Position numbers and translations under genes: made by a program. Under the pieces are notes generated by a model that searched no databases, was not told the DNA's origin, and saw only the letters and a list, made by a program, of their open reading frames with translations. Below, one piece after another: positions 11,251 through 22,705 of a DNA stretch of 64,000 nucleotides. The stretch is from positions 12,524,001-12,588,000 of the forward strand of contig NW_026262745.1 in assembly GCF_021869535.1 (NCBI RefSeq), given 5' to 3'. Origin of the DNA: Mytilus californianus (Eukaryota). The stretch's first letter is position 1. Every line of letters starts with the position of its first letter.

Positions 11251-12174
11251 AAAGAAAGAGAGCAAATCATTAAAAAAAATGAAATACACTGATATGAAAA
11301 GAGACACGGGTTTACGACAATGAATCAGCAATCCAAGTTTTAAAACGTTTTCCTGGAATCATCATCAGTGTAAGCATATAAACGAGGGGAAAGACTGAAA
11401 TTAAATTAAACTGCTGTATGATAAGATAAATAGAGGAGGTGAAAGTCATACGACCAACTATTGTATGATCAAAATAGAAGACGAATTTTGAAACTATTTC
11501 CAAAATTCTATGGCAGATAAACACATAAATAGTTATCTAATTTGTTGTTTCACTCTTTTGTTTAAATGTAACTTTTACTCTATATTCGATTTCGAATTTA
11601 CAGAAATAAATTAGACCTGGTTTTTAATTTTATACATTTATAACATGGGTTATGGACGACCCTGCTATAACAAATATTCTGGGGAGTAGCTCACAGTATA
11701 AGTAAATAAAACATTAGTTCGGATACCAAATGTTATATTAATTCAAGTTCAAATACAACTACAAGTATTGTTAAACACAGTATAAATCATACATGTAAAT
11801 ACACGGCAAAATCCAGTATAAATGTTTTGTTCACTAACGGGTTTCCGTATAACTATAAATTCGACGTCCGTGCCTTAGTCTGTCGGGTTCCCAACTAAAG
11901 GTCACACTAAATCTTAATTGAACTATCTACTACATGTAATATTACATCGTTAGCTATAAACCAACAAAATACAAAAGCTCTGTAAGTGTTAAGATAACAA
12001 ACTTATCGTTAAAGTATTTAGACAATAGACAATGACAAACGGATTATAAGGTGCGTAATTTCAAAAACGAAGTAATTAGCACATACATGTAGTAAAAGTC
12101 TTTTGAGATTAAAATGAGTGACATGAAAGAAAACAGAAGAATTATCTGAAAGATAAGTAATAGTTATACACCGA

Positions 12175-12250
12175 GGGATAGGTGTGTCTGGATAAGAAAC
12201 CCCGTCGGCCGGAGGCCAGAGGGGTTTCTTATCCAGACACACCGTATCCC
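12175..12250. repeat. Perfect 23-bp inverted repeat, probable centre of a palindromic MITE
   Basis: ggtgtgtctggataagaaacccc (12181-12203) and ggggtttcttatccagacacacc (12221-12243) around a 17-nt GC-rich loop. Confidence 0.85.
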
Positions 12251-14049
12251 GAGTAACTAACTTACACCCCATTCATAATTAAATGAAATAAATGAATCTA
12301 AAAGTTTCAATATTTTCACACTTAAAGTAAATGGACACTATCACTTGTCACACATCAATCATTCCAAAATGTTTTATAGATTTTCGATTTATTTTCCAAA
12401 CCTGCTTTGGAGTGTATCAGAACGATTCGTGTAAGTTCTCAGCTTTCAATTCCTTTATGCTCGAAATCAACTTTGTTAAATATGTGATATTGCATGATCT
12501 GAACTATATTTTGCCATAGTATAAAAATCATATCTTTACCGGACACAGCAAACTAAAGTTCGTTTAGCTCAATTTTGAAAGGTATCTGTATTTATTTGGT
12601 AAATATTTTTTTTAAGTATAACTAAGTCCTTTTTTTCGTTTATCTACTTTGTACTATATTTTTCTTTTATTTATACAAAAGCTGAACAGTTTTAAACAAC
12701 AATTTAATCTATGGTGTTTGGACTTTTCCTCTTTTTTTTTTAAATAATACTATAGTTCACACAAAATGATAAAAATTTATTAAAATGTTCTATCGCGATT
12801 TACAAGTGTATTGGTGAGACATTAAAACCGATGTAATGAAATCAATCATCATCGTTTTATGAGTTTCACATATGTTTAACACTTCACAGTATTCTGGTTG
12901 TCCGATATTGTAACGACGTCTGATGGCCCAAGTCTGTGTCGGTAATTTCCATGTTTTCTATATGGACTACAACATTCTCTGACGTCCGATGACCCCAACA
13001 AGTCACCGTAAAAGGCTAGCATACGCCAGAACTTTCTCGAACGATTTTCTGATTGCCCATCTCATCTAATACTTCTAACGTTACAGAGTTAGATTTGAAC
13101 TATTTCAAAAGTGAGAATAGAATTTCTTTATTTACATGGTTTAAGAATGTAAAAGACTATCATAAAGACTAGTTTACAATCAGAACACTAAAGAGACAAT
13201 GATTAAACTTCATTGGTCAATTGAATATTGTCAGATTGTGTTTTTTTATCTGACTTGTATTTATAATGTGATGGCAAAGTTGTGTAATAAATTCAAGTTT
13301 CATTTTATAGGCAGTCTGTTTTCCGACATGACTCATATTGTATACAAATGTTATAAATCTATCATTAATGAACTTTATCAATTTTATCCTTCTGAATAAT
13401 ACACACACATACACACAAATACACGAATAACTTTCATTTAAAAATAACATAAAAGAGGGGCGGAAGGTACCAAACATATCCATTGATGGATAGTTGCCAT
13501 GATTATCAGGATCAAATATATTATAGTATGTTTAACCATATGGATACACAAGTTATACAAAGAACATTTAGTATAAGTAAGGAAGTTCACTGAAGAACGT
13601 CATTGAAATAAAAGAAAAACCGATAAACACTTACTTGTGCACTTTAAATCCAACAGGGAAGTAATAAACAGTAACAGGTGGAAAATACTATTTATATCTA
13701 AGTTCATTGTGACTATTTTATGTAATAATAGATAAAAAAAATCGTTATATACTGTATGTATTCTTTAATAAGTTTGCCTACTTGTATCATATGACCATGA
13801 AGTATATCTTAGGAAAAGATAACATGTCTATATACGTCACACGGGTAATATTAATCATAGTGCACTGAGAAGTAGTGCCTCTTGTATTCATTCAAGGTTT
13901 AAGCACTCCGATTCATCTTACATAATTTTCTTAAACCTTGATGTCATTTAACATTATTACTTCTAAGACATTTTTAGATGAACCATAAGTACACTTTTTG
14001 ATACTTCTAGAAACATTTCCTCTGAATTATTTATGTTTAATATTTGGGT

Positions 14050-14185
14050 CGGCAATGCTCTTCAACTTCGTACTTTATTTGGCCTTTTTGAACTTTTCTT
14101 TATTCGAGCGTCACCGATGAGTCTTTTGTAGACGAAACGCGCATCTGGCGTTCAAAATTTTAAACCTGGTAACTATGATGAGTTT
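14050..14185 (+). mobile_element. Retrozyme/Penelope-associated repeat (family C) with hammerhead at 14108-14151
   Basis: gcgtca-CCGATGA-gtcttttgtagac-GAA-ACGCGCAT-C-tggcgt; core U4 changed to C. Confidence 0.75.
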
Positions 14186-14639
14186 ATGTTACTTCAAGTT
14201 ATCCTAATGAGGCAATAGTGAGTTTAGTATACATAACCATGATAATGGTATATCTACCTATAATATTTATTTGTGGTCTATGTCAATTAAGTTTCTTATA
14301 GACCATTTTTTGTGAAAGTATTTGAAAATTCGGTATTCTTTATCAAATTTTATAAATCTCCTCTGTTTTGTGCACCTTAGTTTGCCATGTTTGCAGAACA
14401 ACTGTAAACAAGAACTAACTTGGCAAAATGACAAAAAAAATTTTCTTCTGTATCTAACGATTATTTTTTGTTTGAAATTTTAATACACTTATGATTTTAA
14501 CACAAGACTTGATGAAACATGTTATAAGAATAAAGTTACTTCCATTGGTTATGCGACGCTTGTTTGTCGCAACATGCGCCAGCTTATAGCAAAATTCTGA
14601 AGATATTTTTTTTCCACTAGTGTGTATTAGACATGTACA

Positions 14640-14840
14640 TAGTCAGCGAAAGCAAATTCTTAACAGCGGTTTGCTACCTGACCGTATATATGATCTATAT
14701 GCATCTATAAAGCAGATATTCCATTATGGGCAACCAACTCGTGATGGCGTCCGTAAAATTTTCGAGGGGATATTTGTAACTTCACCACTGACATGGAATA
14801 GCTTCCTTGTATGTAGCAACTCCCTATATGTATCACAATT
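14640..14840 (-). mobile_element. Short Penelope-like RT C-terminal remnant
   Basis: aaaattttcgaggggat...aacttcacc...gcttccttgtatgtagcaac resembles 58710-58785. Confidence 0.5.
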
Positions 14841-15469
14841 GCCAATTATAAGCCTTCAATTAATTTATATATAAACATATGTGGTATGAAATATCTTCAA
14901 CTTAATTTTCATTCATTTATACAAGGAATATATTTTATTTTATTTATCTAATCTTAAATTTGTACCGAAATATTTTATTATAAAATACATGTATATACCA
15001 AATTGTATATCTGAATTGTTTTTGTAGCAGTTCAGTGTTTCTGTTGTTCCGTTGTTTTCCTCTTATGGTTGATGTGTTTCCCTCGGTTTTAGTTTGTGAC
15101 CAGGATTTGATTTTGCTTAATCGATTTATGACTATTGCACATCGGTATACTACTATTGCCTTTATAGATATATTTCTATATAAAAAATAGCAACCAATGT
15201 TTATCGAAATTAATAAACCACATAAACATATATTACAGAGTGAGTTAGATAATGCTACATTTTGGGCTAATTAACCAGCTTTCATTAACTGCGAGTATGT
15301 TCAGATCAGTCCCTTTTGTCTTTCAGTTTACTTGTTTGTTGATGTTTTATGCTTTGTATCGATCTGATTTTCAAATGAATTTTATAATAGAAAAACAAAG
15401 GATATGGGGTATTCATCCATAACACAAAATCAGTACATGCACAGCAAAAATAATATAGATAATTTACAT

Positions 15470-15615
15470 TCTGTCATGTCGGAGCTTTTTATAGCTTGCT
15501 ATGCGGCATTGGTTTTGTTCGTTGTTGAGGGTCGTACGGTGACCTACAGTTGGTAACGTCTACGTCATTTTGTCTCTGTTGAGTGGCAGTCATACTATAT
15601 CTTCTTGTTTTTATA
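15470..15615 (-). mobile_element. Dispersed repeat family A copy
   Basis: Reverse complement of the family A 5' part (ttttatagcttgctatgcgg...gttgagggtcgtacggtgacc). Confidence 0.65.
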
Positions 15616-15797
15616 TATAGCTGGTGTTTTAGTTCATGATTCGAACTCCTTACCTACACTTGAAAATTTAGGGTTGCATAGAAATTTCTGACATTCCCAG
15701 TACACAAAGAAGACAATAGGGTATATGCAAAACGTCTATACTTATTTTCTTCAAGAGAAATGTATAATGAATCATGAAATAATGATGTTTATAGTTA

Positions 15798-16810
15798 TTA
15801 AAATTGAGAATGGAAACGGGCAATGTGTCAAAGAGACAACAACTCGACCAAAGAGCAGAATACAGCTCAAGGCCACCAATGGGTCTTCAACACGGCGAGA
15901 AAATCCCGCACCCGGAGGCCCCAAAACAAAAATTGTATACTGGTTCAGAGAAAATGGACGTCACACTAAACTGCGAAACATATAAATGAACCAAAATAAA
16001 AAAAAAACAAAAATAAAAACACACAAAACTTACAAAGGCCAGAGGTTCTTTACTTGGGACAAGAGCAAAAATGCAGCGGGGTTAAACATGTTTTATGAGG
16101 TCTCAACCCTCCCCCTATACCTCTAGTCAATGAAGAATAAACAAACACGCAGCAATACGCACAGTAAAACTCAGTTCAAAAGAAGTCCGAGTCCGATGTT
16201 AGAATAGGTAACAGAAGAAACTAAGCAAAATGACAATGATCAACATAAATTAACAAAGGACTACTAGCAGTTGCTGACATGCCAGCTCCTGACCTCAATT
16301 AAACTGATTGAAAGAGTATGTCTTCATCATATGAAAATCAAGTATAATCCCTCCCGTTAGGGATTTACTGTCATACCATCATAAAATATACATATATGCC
16401 ATTTTAATGACCTGACAACAGTATCCCTTCTGAATAAGTCTGTTTAAAGGTTTGGTTATCTTTTGCGGTGAATGACGACATTTTTCTGCTTTATATAGAA
16501 TATTACCATAAAAGATGGGATGTGAAATACCTGAACGTATAAGATGTCTGCACGTTGATTTATATTTACGAATGATGTCCTTGTACCGATGATAAAATTT
16601 AGTAAATGTTTTGACAAGCTTGTGATATTGAAAACCCTGGTGTAATAATTTTTCAGTAATACAGAGATTTCTTTCGTTAAAATCAAATACGTTGTTACAT
16701 ACACGGGCGAATCGAACAAGTTGAGATATATAAACACTATAAGATGGTGACAAGGGAACGTCACCATCTGCAAACGGCCCGTTAAAGATATAGATATCAA
16801 GATCTAGGAA
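15798..16810 (-). mobile_element. 5'-truncated Penelope-like retroelement remnant (post-RT helical domain plus 3' region)
   Basis: ORF 16379-16753 (DGDVP)LSPSYSVYISQLVRFARVCNNVFDFNERNLCITEKLLHQGFQYHKLVKTFTKFYHRY...GISHPIFYGNILYKA. Confidence 0.85.
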
Positions 16811-16984
16811 AGGGCAGTGTTCATTGCTAGGAACCAGACATGATTACATATACTCTTTATTATTGTGCACATTTTAATCTTCCTCTTTCTTGACCTGCTT
16901 TCTGCTAGATTACCACATGGCATTATGTGAGACTTCTGTAAAGCTTTAATCAAAATTCTTGCCGCATCTTTATCTTAACTACTT

Positions 16985-17693
16985 TCAAAATTGGCTTATT
17001 GTTAGAACATTCTGATACTGTAGCTCGGTTATTTCTTCTGTTTCTAGTGCTAAATCTAAATTGTCCTGTTGAGTGCAATTAGTTTTATTTGAAGGCAGAA
17101 TATATTGGTTTTCGTCGTCAACCATACTACCATTATTCAGTAAGTATTCATTATTAGCCTTATCGCTGGCCTCTAATTTATCTTCTGTTTCGACCTTTAA
17201 CGTGGCGTCTACAGCTTTGTAATTATTGTACTTTTCTTCAAAATCCTTTTCTGAAGAGGCTTCTTTTATTTTTTCTTTGTTCGTATAGTGCGCGAAATCG
17301 AATGTAGGTGAACTCATCTGTTGATATAGTTCTGTGTTTTCAGTTGTGCCAGTTTCGATGTAATCGTATGTTTTGCTTGATGTTTTCTGTGAAGAATTTT
17401 CAGCCATACTATGATAATAACTACTTTCTTGATTTTGGTCATCAACATATCTTTCATTTTTTTCTTGAGTTGGATCTTTGACATATCTTTCATTTCGACT
17501 AGAACTTTCATCGCAATTTTCCACGTGACGAAATGAATCAAATGATGCATCGTTATAAGATCTAACATTGATATTGTCAATATAATCATACTCCTGGCCT
17601 TGCTGAATTTCGTCAAATTTCTGTATATTGTCCATTTTCATTTTTTCCCAAGGCATACTGCTTTTTCTCTGGTTTTGTCGTTTTCTAAATAAA
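16985..17693 (-). CDS. D8C receptor gene, cytoplasmic terminal exon
   Basis: gctttag|T-LFRKRQNQRKSSMPWEK...LQYQNVLTISQF*, 709 nt, phase 2. Confidence 0.85.
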
Positions 17694-20600
17694 CTAAAGC
17701 AAAAAATAAATAGAGATATTGATGTTACACAATGTTCGTCCTGTGAGGTTTAGTTAAGACACAATATATACTTCCGATTTCAGATACACGTATTTTTGAA
17801 CATAAAATTACTGTCATGACATATTCTCGAGATCAAAGGTATAGGAAGTAAAAAATATTAAAACGTCGAAAAATATCAATCCCAAACGAGCTTCTACATA
17901 AATCTGCTTTTGGTAAACTTTGCCTGAGTAAGACGCATCCTTCGTTCTAGAGATATTACGTAATTCACAAAATCATTAAAATCACGTCGAAACACGGACT
18001 GTCGTAAGGGCGAAATCCTCGTGGACAGACAGTGTATCAGAAGTACAGATAAAGTGTAAGTTATATCACCATAATGGTTTCTGGATGACAAGCATGCTTT
18101 GTATTAAAGGCTGTACATCTTAGAGGGACATTAATATCAGTCATTAATACAGTAGAAGTTTTGTTTTAAATGTGACTGTTTTTCCTGTCCAGCTTAAGAT
18201 GTTTGCTGTTTGGTTTTTTTTTGTTTGTTAATAAAGTAGCTTAATATTGTTTTGTTTAGCTGTCTCAACTTCAAGTCACCTTTTCAAACCTTGACCATTA
18301 ATAGCACATAAATCTAACTAAATTGAATTATTTGTTTTAAATTTAATTTCCCAAACTAACAATTTACAGCAGTCAACTAAAAAAAGGGATGTTTCCTTTC
18401 CAGTGTTACTTTAGTTCCTAATATTACGTAAAATAAATTTAGTTTTAGTATAAGGTATAATAGTTGCTTTTATTTATGTTTCTATGGAATACAAAATTTC
18501 GTCTGACTTCTTTTACTTAATGTAATGAAAACATTTTACAGCAGTCAAGTTTAAAACTGGATTTTTCATTTCAATTGCTACTTTAGGTCTTTCCGTTTTA
18601 TAAAGAAATTTAGTTCCAGTATAGATAATAATAATACTTACTTTTATATATTTTCTATAGAATCTATAAAGTTTCGTCCAACTTCGTTTACTTACCAACA
18701 CAATACAATCATACCGATGACACAAACAACAGCAAGTGTCACACAAACACAGACAACAATAACCAAACCCATATTTGTGCTGATAGATACTATAATAATA
18801 ATAAGAACAATAATCAGTATAAATATACATTTGATGCTTAAAAAAATTCGTTAGAGAAAAGTTAACTATCATTTGTAATTAAGTACTGCATATGTTTGTT
18901 AGAGTTCATCTATATGGAAGCATCAATATCGTTTAAGGTTTTAAACCAGCGAAATATGCTAGTTTTTTTTTTTTAAATAATTTATGAACTGTTAATTTTT
19001 CAACGTTTTAAATATTGATAATATCTTCACTATCTTTGGTAAAACTATGAAAAACAAATTCTATTTTTATTCCCAGTCAATCGGTTTAGGAAGTCGAAAA
19101 AAATCATATCTGCACATCTACAAAAAAAACCGTAAATATAAAGGATTTTTAAATTTTCCGTTTATTGCGTTCTTTCTAAAATTTAATTATAAGGAAGTCA
19201 GTATAGCAGTATAGTAATGCAGAATTTTCCTACATGATTTTCTTTTTTTCCTTTTTGAGTTCCTTCTTTTTCTTTTTTAAATATTTCGCTGCTATCAATT
19301 TGTTACTATATTTATCAATTATTTTTATTAGTATTATTATTACCATCATTTTGAATAGAACCAGGCTTCAAAGTTGTCATATCTGTACTCCTATGTACTT
19401 CTTCAGTTGTAACTTTTTTGTTATTAAAGCCTTCAGAGTTTGATGTTATATGTTCGCTGCTTGGTAAAGTTTTAATATTGTTTACTTCTGATGTCACTAG
19501 TAAATTTTCAGTACTTTTAGTCATACTTTCAGTTGTTTGATCGTCGACATCAGATGTATTTTCTTCTCTTGTTAATTTAGTGCTGAGACTATTACTAAGC
19601 ATTGTAGTAGAAGAAGCTTTGGGACTTATAATCTCTCTCCATGTTAGTGTTGTGAATGTAACTGTTGATGTTAACTCAGTGTTTCTAGTGGTTGCCAAGT
19701 CATTGTTTGCAACGGTGCCAATCGTTACAGATGATTCGCCGTTGTAAGTTGTGTTTGTGTGTGTAGAGGTTACTCCGGAATCTGTAATCTTCTCCAATCC
19801 TGTGTTATCAGTGAGTGCTGTGACTGTAGAATCAGTAGATGTTAACAGTGATGTGAAACCAGCAGTCGTTGTCATCTCAACACCAACAGAAACCGGTAAT
19901 GTTGATGTTTTATCCTCAACCTTTCGTGATCTTGATACTGTATTTTCAAAGTCTGGCATAGCTGTACTTTGAAGAAAAGACATTCCTGAAATATAGTATG
20001 AAGAGTGTGGGAAATAGTTGTTATGTGCATCTATGAACAGAAAAAGAAAAAAAAAACAGAAAATAATCATATTCAAATTATATACTTATATTCGTCGTTG
20101 AATTTGTAAAAACCGTTGAGCACTAAAGATGGTTAAATATTTAGTATGTGTCGTCACAATAAAAAGAAAATTATTCATATTTTATTTGGATAAGATTTCC
20201 CTTTGACTCACCTAATGACGCCATAACCGTTTGATCTGATGTCGTTGTTTCTTTCGGAATGTCACCTTTTAGAATAAAAAAAAATTGACGAAAATAGACA
20301 AAGGCAATAAGCAAGATTTTATTACATAATATCTTGACCACATCTTTTTTTTTAATTCAGTATAATGATCAATTTAAGCTATTGTGTTATCATAATTTGT
20401 TAAAACTAAAATCACATATAGAATGTAGTAAAACTAATCAAAGTTCTGTATGAGTTGTTTCCCTTTTTGTATGTAATTAGCTTTAAAAATCTCAGGTTCA
20501 CAAGAACCTGGTGGTCAATCATACTGAAACACACGAAATCAAAAATTATGGACAACGTCCTTAATAAGTTTTTGATATTTAATACTAGACTTGACAAACA

Positions 20601-21881
20601 CACCTTAAGTACAATGTTAGAAAACTAAAAAAAAAATCTTCTTATTTATCAGTCTTCGCCACATTATTATTATAGCTACAATTTGAATATAGCTACAATT
20701 TGAATTGCATAATAAAAAACCCTGGTACTTTGTTTCCAGAAAAATTACGTTTAAATTTGTCACCATATATATTGTAAATATATACACGACGCTTAATACT
20801 GTGTTATAATTCCATTGTCTGACAATATATTTACATGTCCAAGTTTCTCACGTTACAAGTCCATAACTTACCAAAGCAGAATGCAGAGCTTGATGGTACA
20901 CCACTCGTGTCTAAATAATAAACTCTGAAGTCTCCACAGTTCTTGATTTTTATGGTTAAATTATAACTTGAGTCACAACAACTATCACTTACGCTAAGCT
21001 TACATACAGATCTCACTACTTCTCCGTCACTAACGGCTGGTATGTTTCCTTAAATTTGAAAAAGAAAACAAAAAGTCAATTAGTGTAGTAGAAGTCCATT
21101 TATTCATTGAACAAGAAATTAACCATATATCTCTGCGTCGTGTTAACCCTTTTTGAAATATAAGTTCATCCAAACGAGAGTGGGTAAAATTAGTGTCTTG
21201 TCGACTCGATTGTCAATCTATGTTTGATGTAAAGTACAGGTAGAACCTTTAATGTGACTCCAGCTTCTAGAATATTAACAGCACATTTTGATATGAAGTT
21301 AATATACAATAGCATCGAGTGTACCTTCAACAGCAAACAGCTATTAATTCCATACACCAATAGTATGAAGTGATATCCAATACTAAAGCAGTGAACTATT
21401 TCCGGTAACTGTAGCAAGCCATTATAGTGTAGCAATAACAGCTGTTATAATTATCATTGGTAACCGTTAAAAGGCAGTTAAGCGAAATAGCTGTAAAAGT
21501 ATACTAGATATATTAAAGATATCCAATACTAAAGCAGTGAACTATTTCCGGTAACTGTAGCAAGCCATTATAGTGTAGCAATAACAGCTGTTATAATTAT
21601 CATTGGTAACCGTTAAAAGGCAGTTAAGCGAAATAGCTGTAAAAGTATACTAGATATATTAAAGAATTGTATTTTACCATTCAGCCATATGGGAAACGTA
21701 GTTCCACAACGCATAAAGGGTGGACATTCTCTAGTCATGTCTGTACCTGCTGTAAGGTTAGCTCTATACCACCCTGTAATCAAACGATCATCTGAAATAG
21801 CAGAACCAGAACTTCCTAGGAGTGGTGATCTTGTTTCTTCCTTCTGGCCTTCCAAAATCACATAGTTTGTGCATGGTTCGC
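16985..21881 (-). CDS. Type I membrane protein: UMOD/GP2/OIT3-like D8C domain, Ser/Thr-rich mucin stalk, TM helix, Tyr-motif cytoplasmic tail; signal-peptide exon not identified
   Basis: Six phase-compatible exons 21678-21881, 20872-21048, 20212-20265, 19344-20030, 18696-18789, 16985-17693. D8C motifs GWYR, CGTTFPIWLNG, VC...CC...IKNCGDFRVYYL...AFCFG; TM MGLVIVVCVCVTLAVVCVIGMIVLCCLF followed by RKR. Confidence 0.85.
18696..18789 (-). CDS. D8C receptor gene, transmembrane exon
   Basis: ttatag|SISTNMGLVIVVCVCVTLAVVCVIGMIVLC-TG|gtaagt, phase 1/2. Confidence 0.9.
19344..20030 (-). CDS. D8C receptor gene, mucin-like stalk exon
   Basis: 687-nt Thr/Ser-rich open exon, phase 1/1, donor gtaata; an alternative tatatttcag acceptor lies about 45 nt further in. 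Confidence 0.85.
20212..20265 (-). CDS. D8C receptor gene, linker exon
   Basis: ttctaaaag|GDIPKETTTSDQTVMASL|gtgagt, phase 1/1. Confidence 0.8.
   Translation of the reverse strand: MTFRKKQRHQIKRLWRH
20872..21048 (-). CDS. D8C domain, second half
   Basis: GNIPAVSDGEVVRSVCKLSVSDSCCDSSYNLTIKIKNCGDFRVYYLDTSGVPSSSAFCF-G|gtaagt. Confidence 0.92.
21372..21663. repeat. Tandem duplication of 146 bp, apparently identical copies, intronic
   Basis: gatatccaatactaaagcagtg... starts at 21372 and 21518. Confidence 0.95.
21678..21881 (-). CDS. D8C domain, first half
   Basis: aaaccag|EPCTNYVILEGQKEETRSPLLGSSGSAISDDRLITGWYRANLTAGTDMTRECPPFMRCGTTFPIWLN-G|gtaaaa. Confidence 0.92.
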
Positions 21882-22149
21882 CTGGTTTGAAACAGGAAAT
21901 ATTTCAAACATATATTATAAAACTATAAATTTAAACATGCAGTTTTGGAACATTCGTACCGCATAAACAATGAATAAATTAAAATATTTTGAATACAAAA
22001 ATTGATTTTCATTACTTGCCTGTGCTGCTAACCTCTGAATAAGATTAATTGAAGAGCTCGTATAAACAGCTGTCGTCGTAGCTAAATTTCCGAACTATTT
22101 TTTGGATTGCGATATCACCAAATGCGACTTATCACTGATTTTTACATGC

Positions 22150-22705
22150 CATGAGCATCATGACGGGTGTCTCTAGTGGAGTAGGATCTACTTACACTTC
22201 GTAAGGACCTGATTCCCCCCCCCCCCCCCCCAGTTTAAGGTTGAGTTCGTGTTGCTAAGTCTTTAGTTTTCTGTGATGTGTTTTGCAGAATTGTTTGTCT
22301 TTTCGCCGTATGTGCTGTTGGCCATGATATTGTCTTTTCGCCGTATGTGCTGTTGGCCATGATATTGTCTTTTCGCCGTATGTGCTGTTGGCCATGATAT
22401 TGTCTTTTCGCCGTATGTGCTGTTGGCCATGATATTGTCTTTTCGCCGTATGTGCTGTTGGCCATGATATTGTCTTTTCGCCGTATGTGCTGTTGGCCAT
22501 GATATTGTCTTTTCGCCGTATGTGCTGTTGGCCATGATATTGTCTTTTCGCCTTATGTGCTGTTGGCCATGAGATTGTCTTTTCGTCGTATGTGCTGTTG
22601 GCCATGATATTGTCTTTTCGCCTTATGTGCTGTTGGCCATGATATTGTCTTTTCGCCGTATGTGCTGTTGGCCATGATATTGTCTGTTTTTTCGACTTAC
22701 GGTTT
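22150..22705 (+). mobile_element. Dispersed repeat family B copy with an internal minisatellite expansion
   Basis: catgacgggtgtctctagtggagtaggatc...cttagttttctgtgatgtg flanks match family B. Confidence 0.7.
22295..22685. repeat. 35-bp minisatellite, about 11 copies
   Basis: Unit ttgtcttttcgccgtatgtgctgttggccatgata, starts at 22295, 22330 and onward. Confidence 0.97.

Noticed and set aside
17314-17616. 100-aa overlapping ORF
   Set aside because: Alternative frame inside the D8C receptor tail exon, with no independent support
17684-17686. Proximal acceptor creating TGA right after the TM exon
   Set aside because: The acceptor 9 nt upstream (exon start 17693) gives C-L-F-R-K-R in frame and has the better pyrimidine tract
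18513-18872. Cys-rich 119-aa ORF (toxin- or metallothionein-like)
   Set aside because: The Cys run is an off-frame reading of the Val/Cys TM exon
19751-19972. Plus-strand Val/Ser-rich ORF
   Set aside because: Antisense shadow of the Thr-rich mucin exon
20450-20524. Possible selenocysteine exon (YD*PPGSCEPEIF)
   Set aside because: Phase is incompatible with neighbouring exons, no donor follows and no SECIS is seen
22235-22605. Repetitive proteins MANSTYGEKTISWPTAH... in three frames
   Set aside because: Artefact of a stop-free 35-bp minisatellite inside a TE copy
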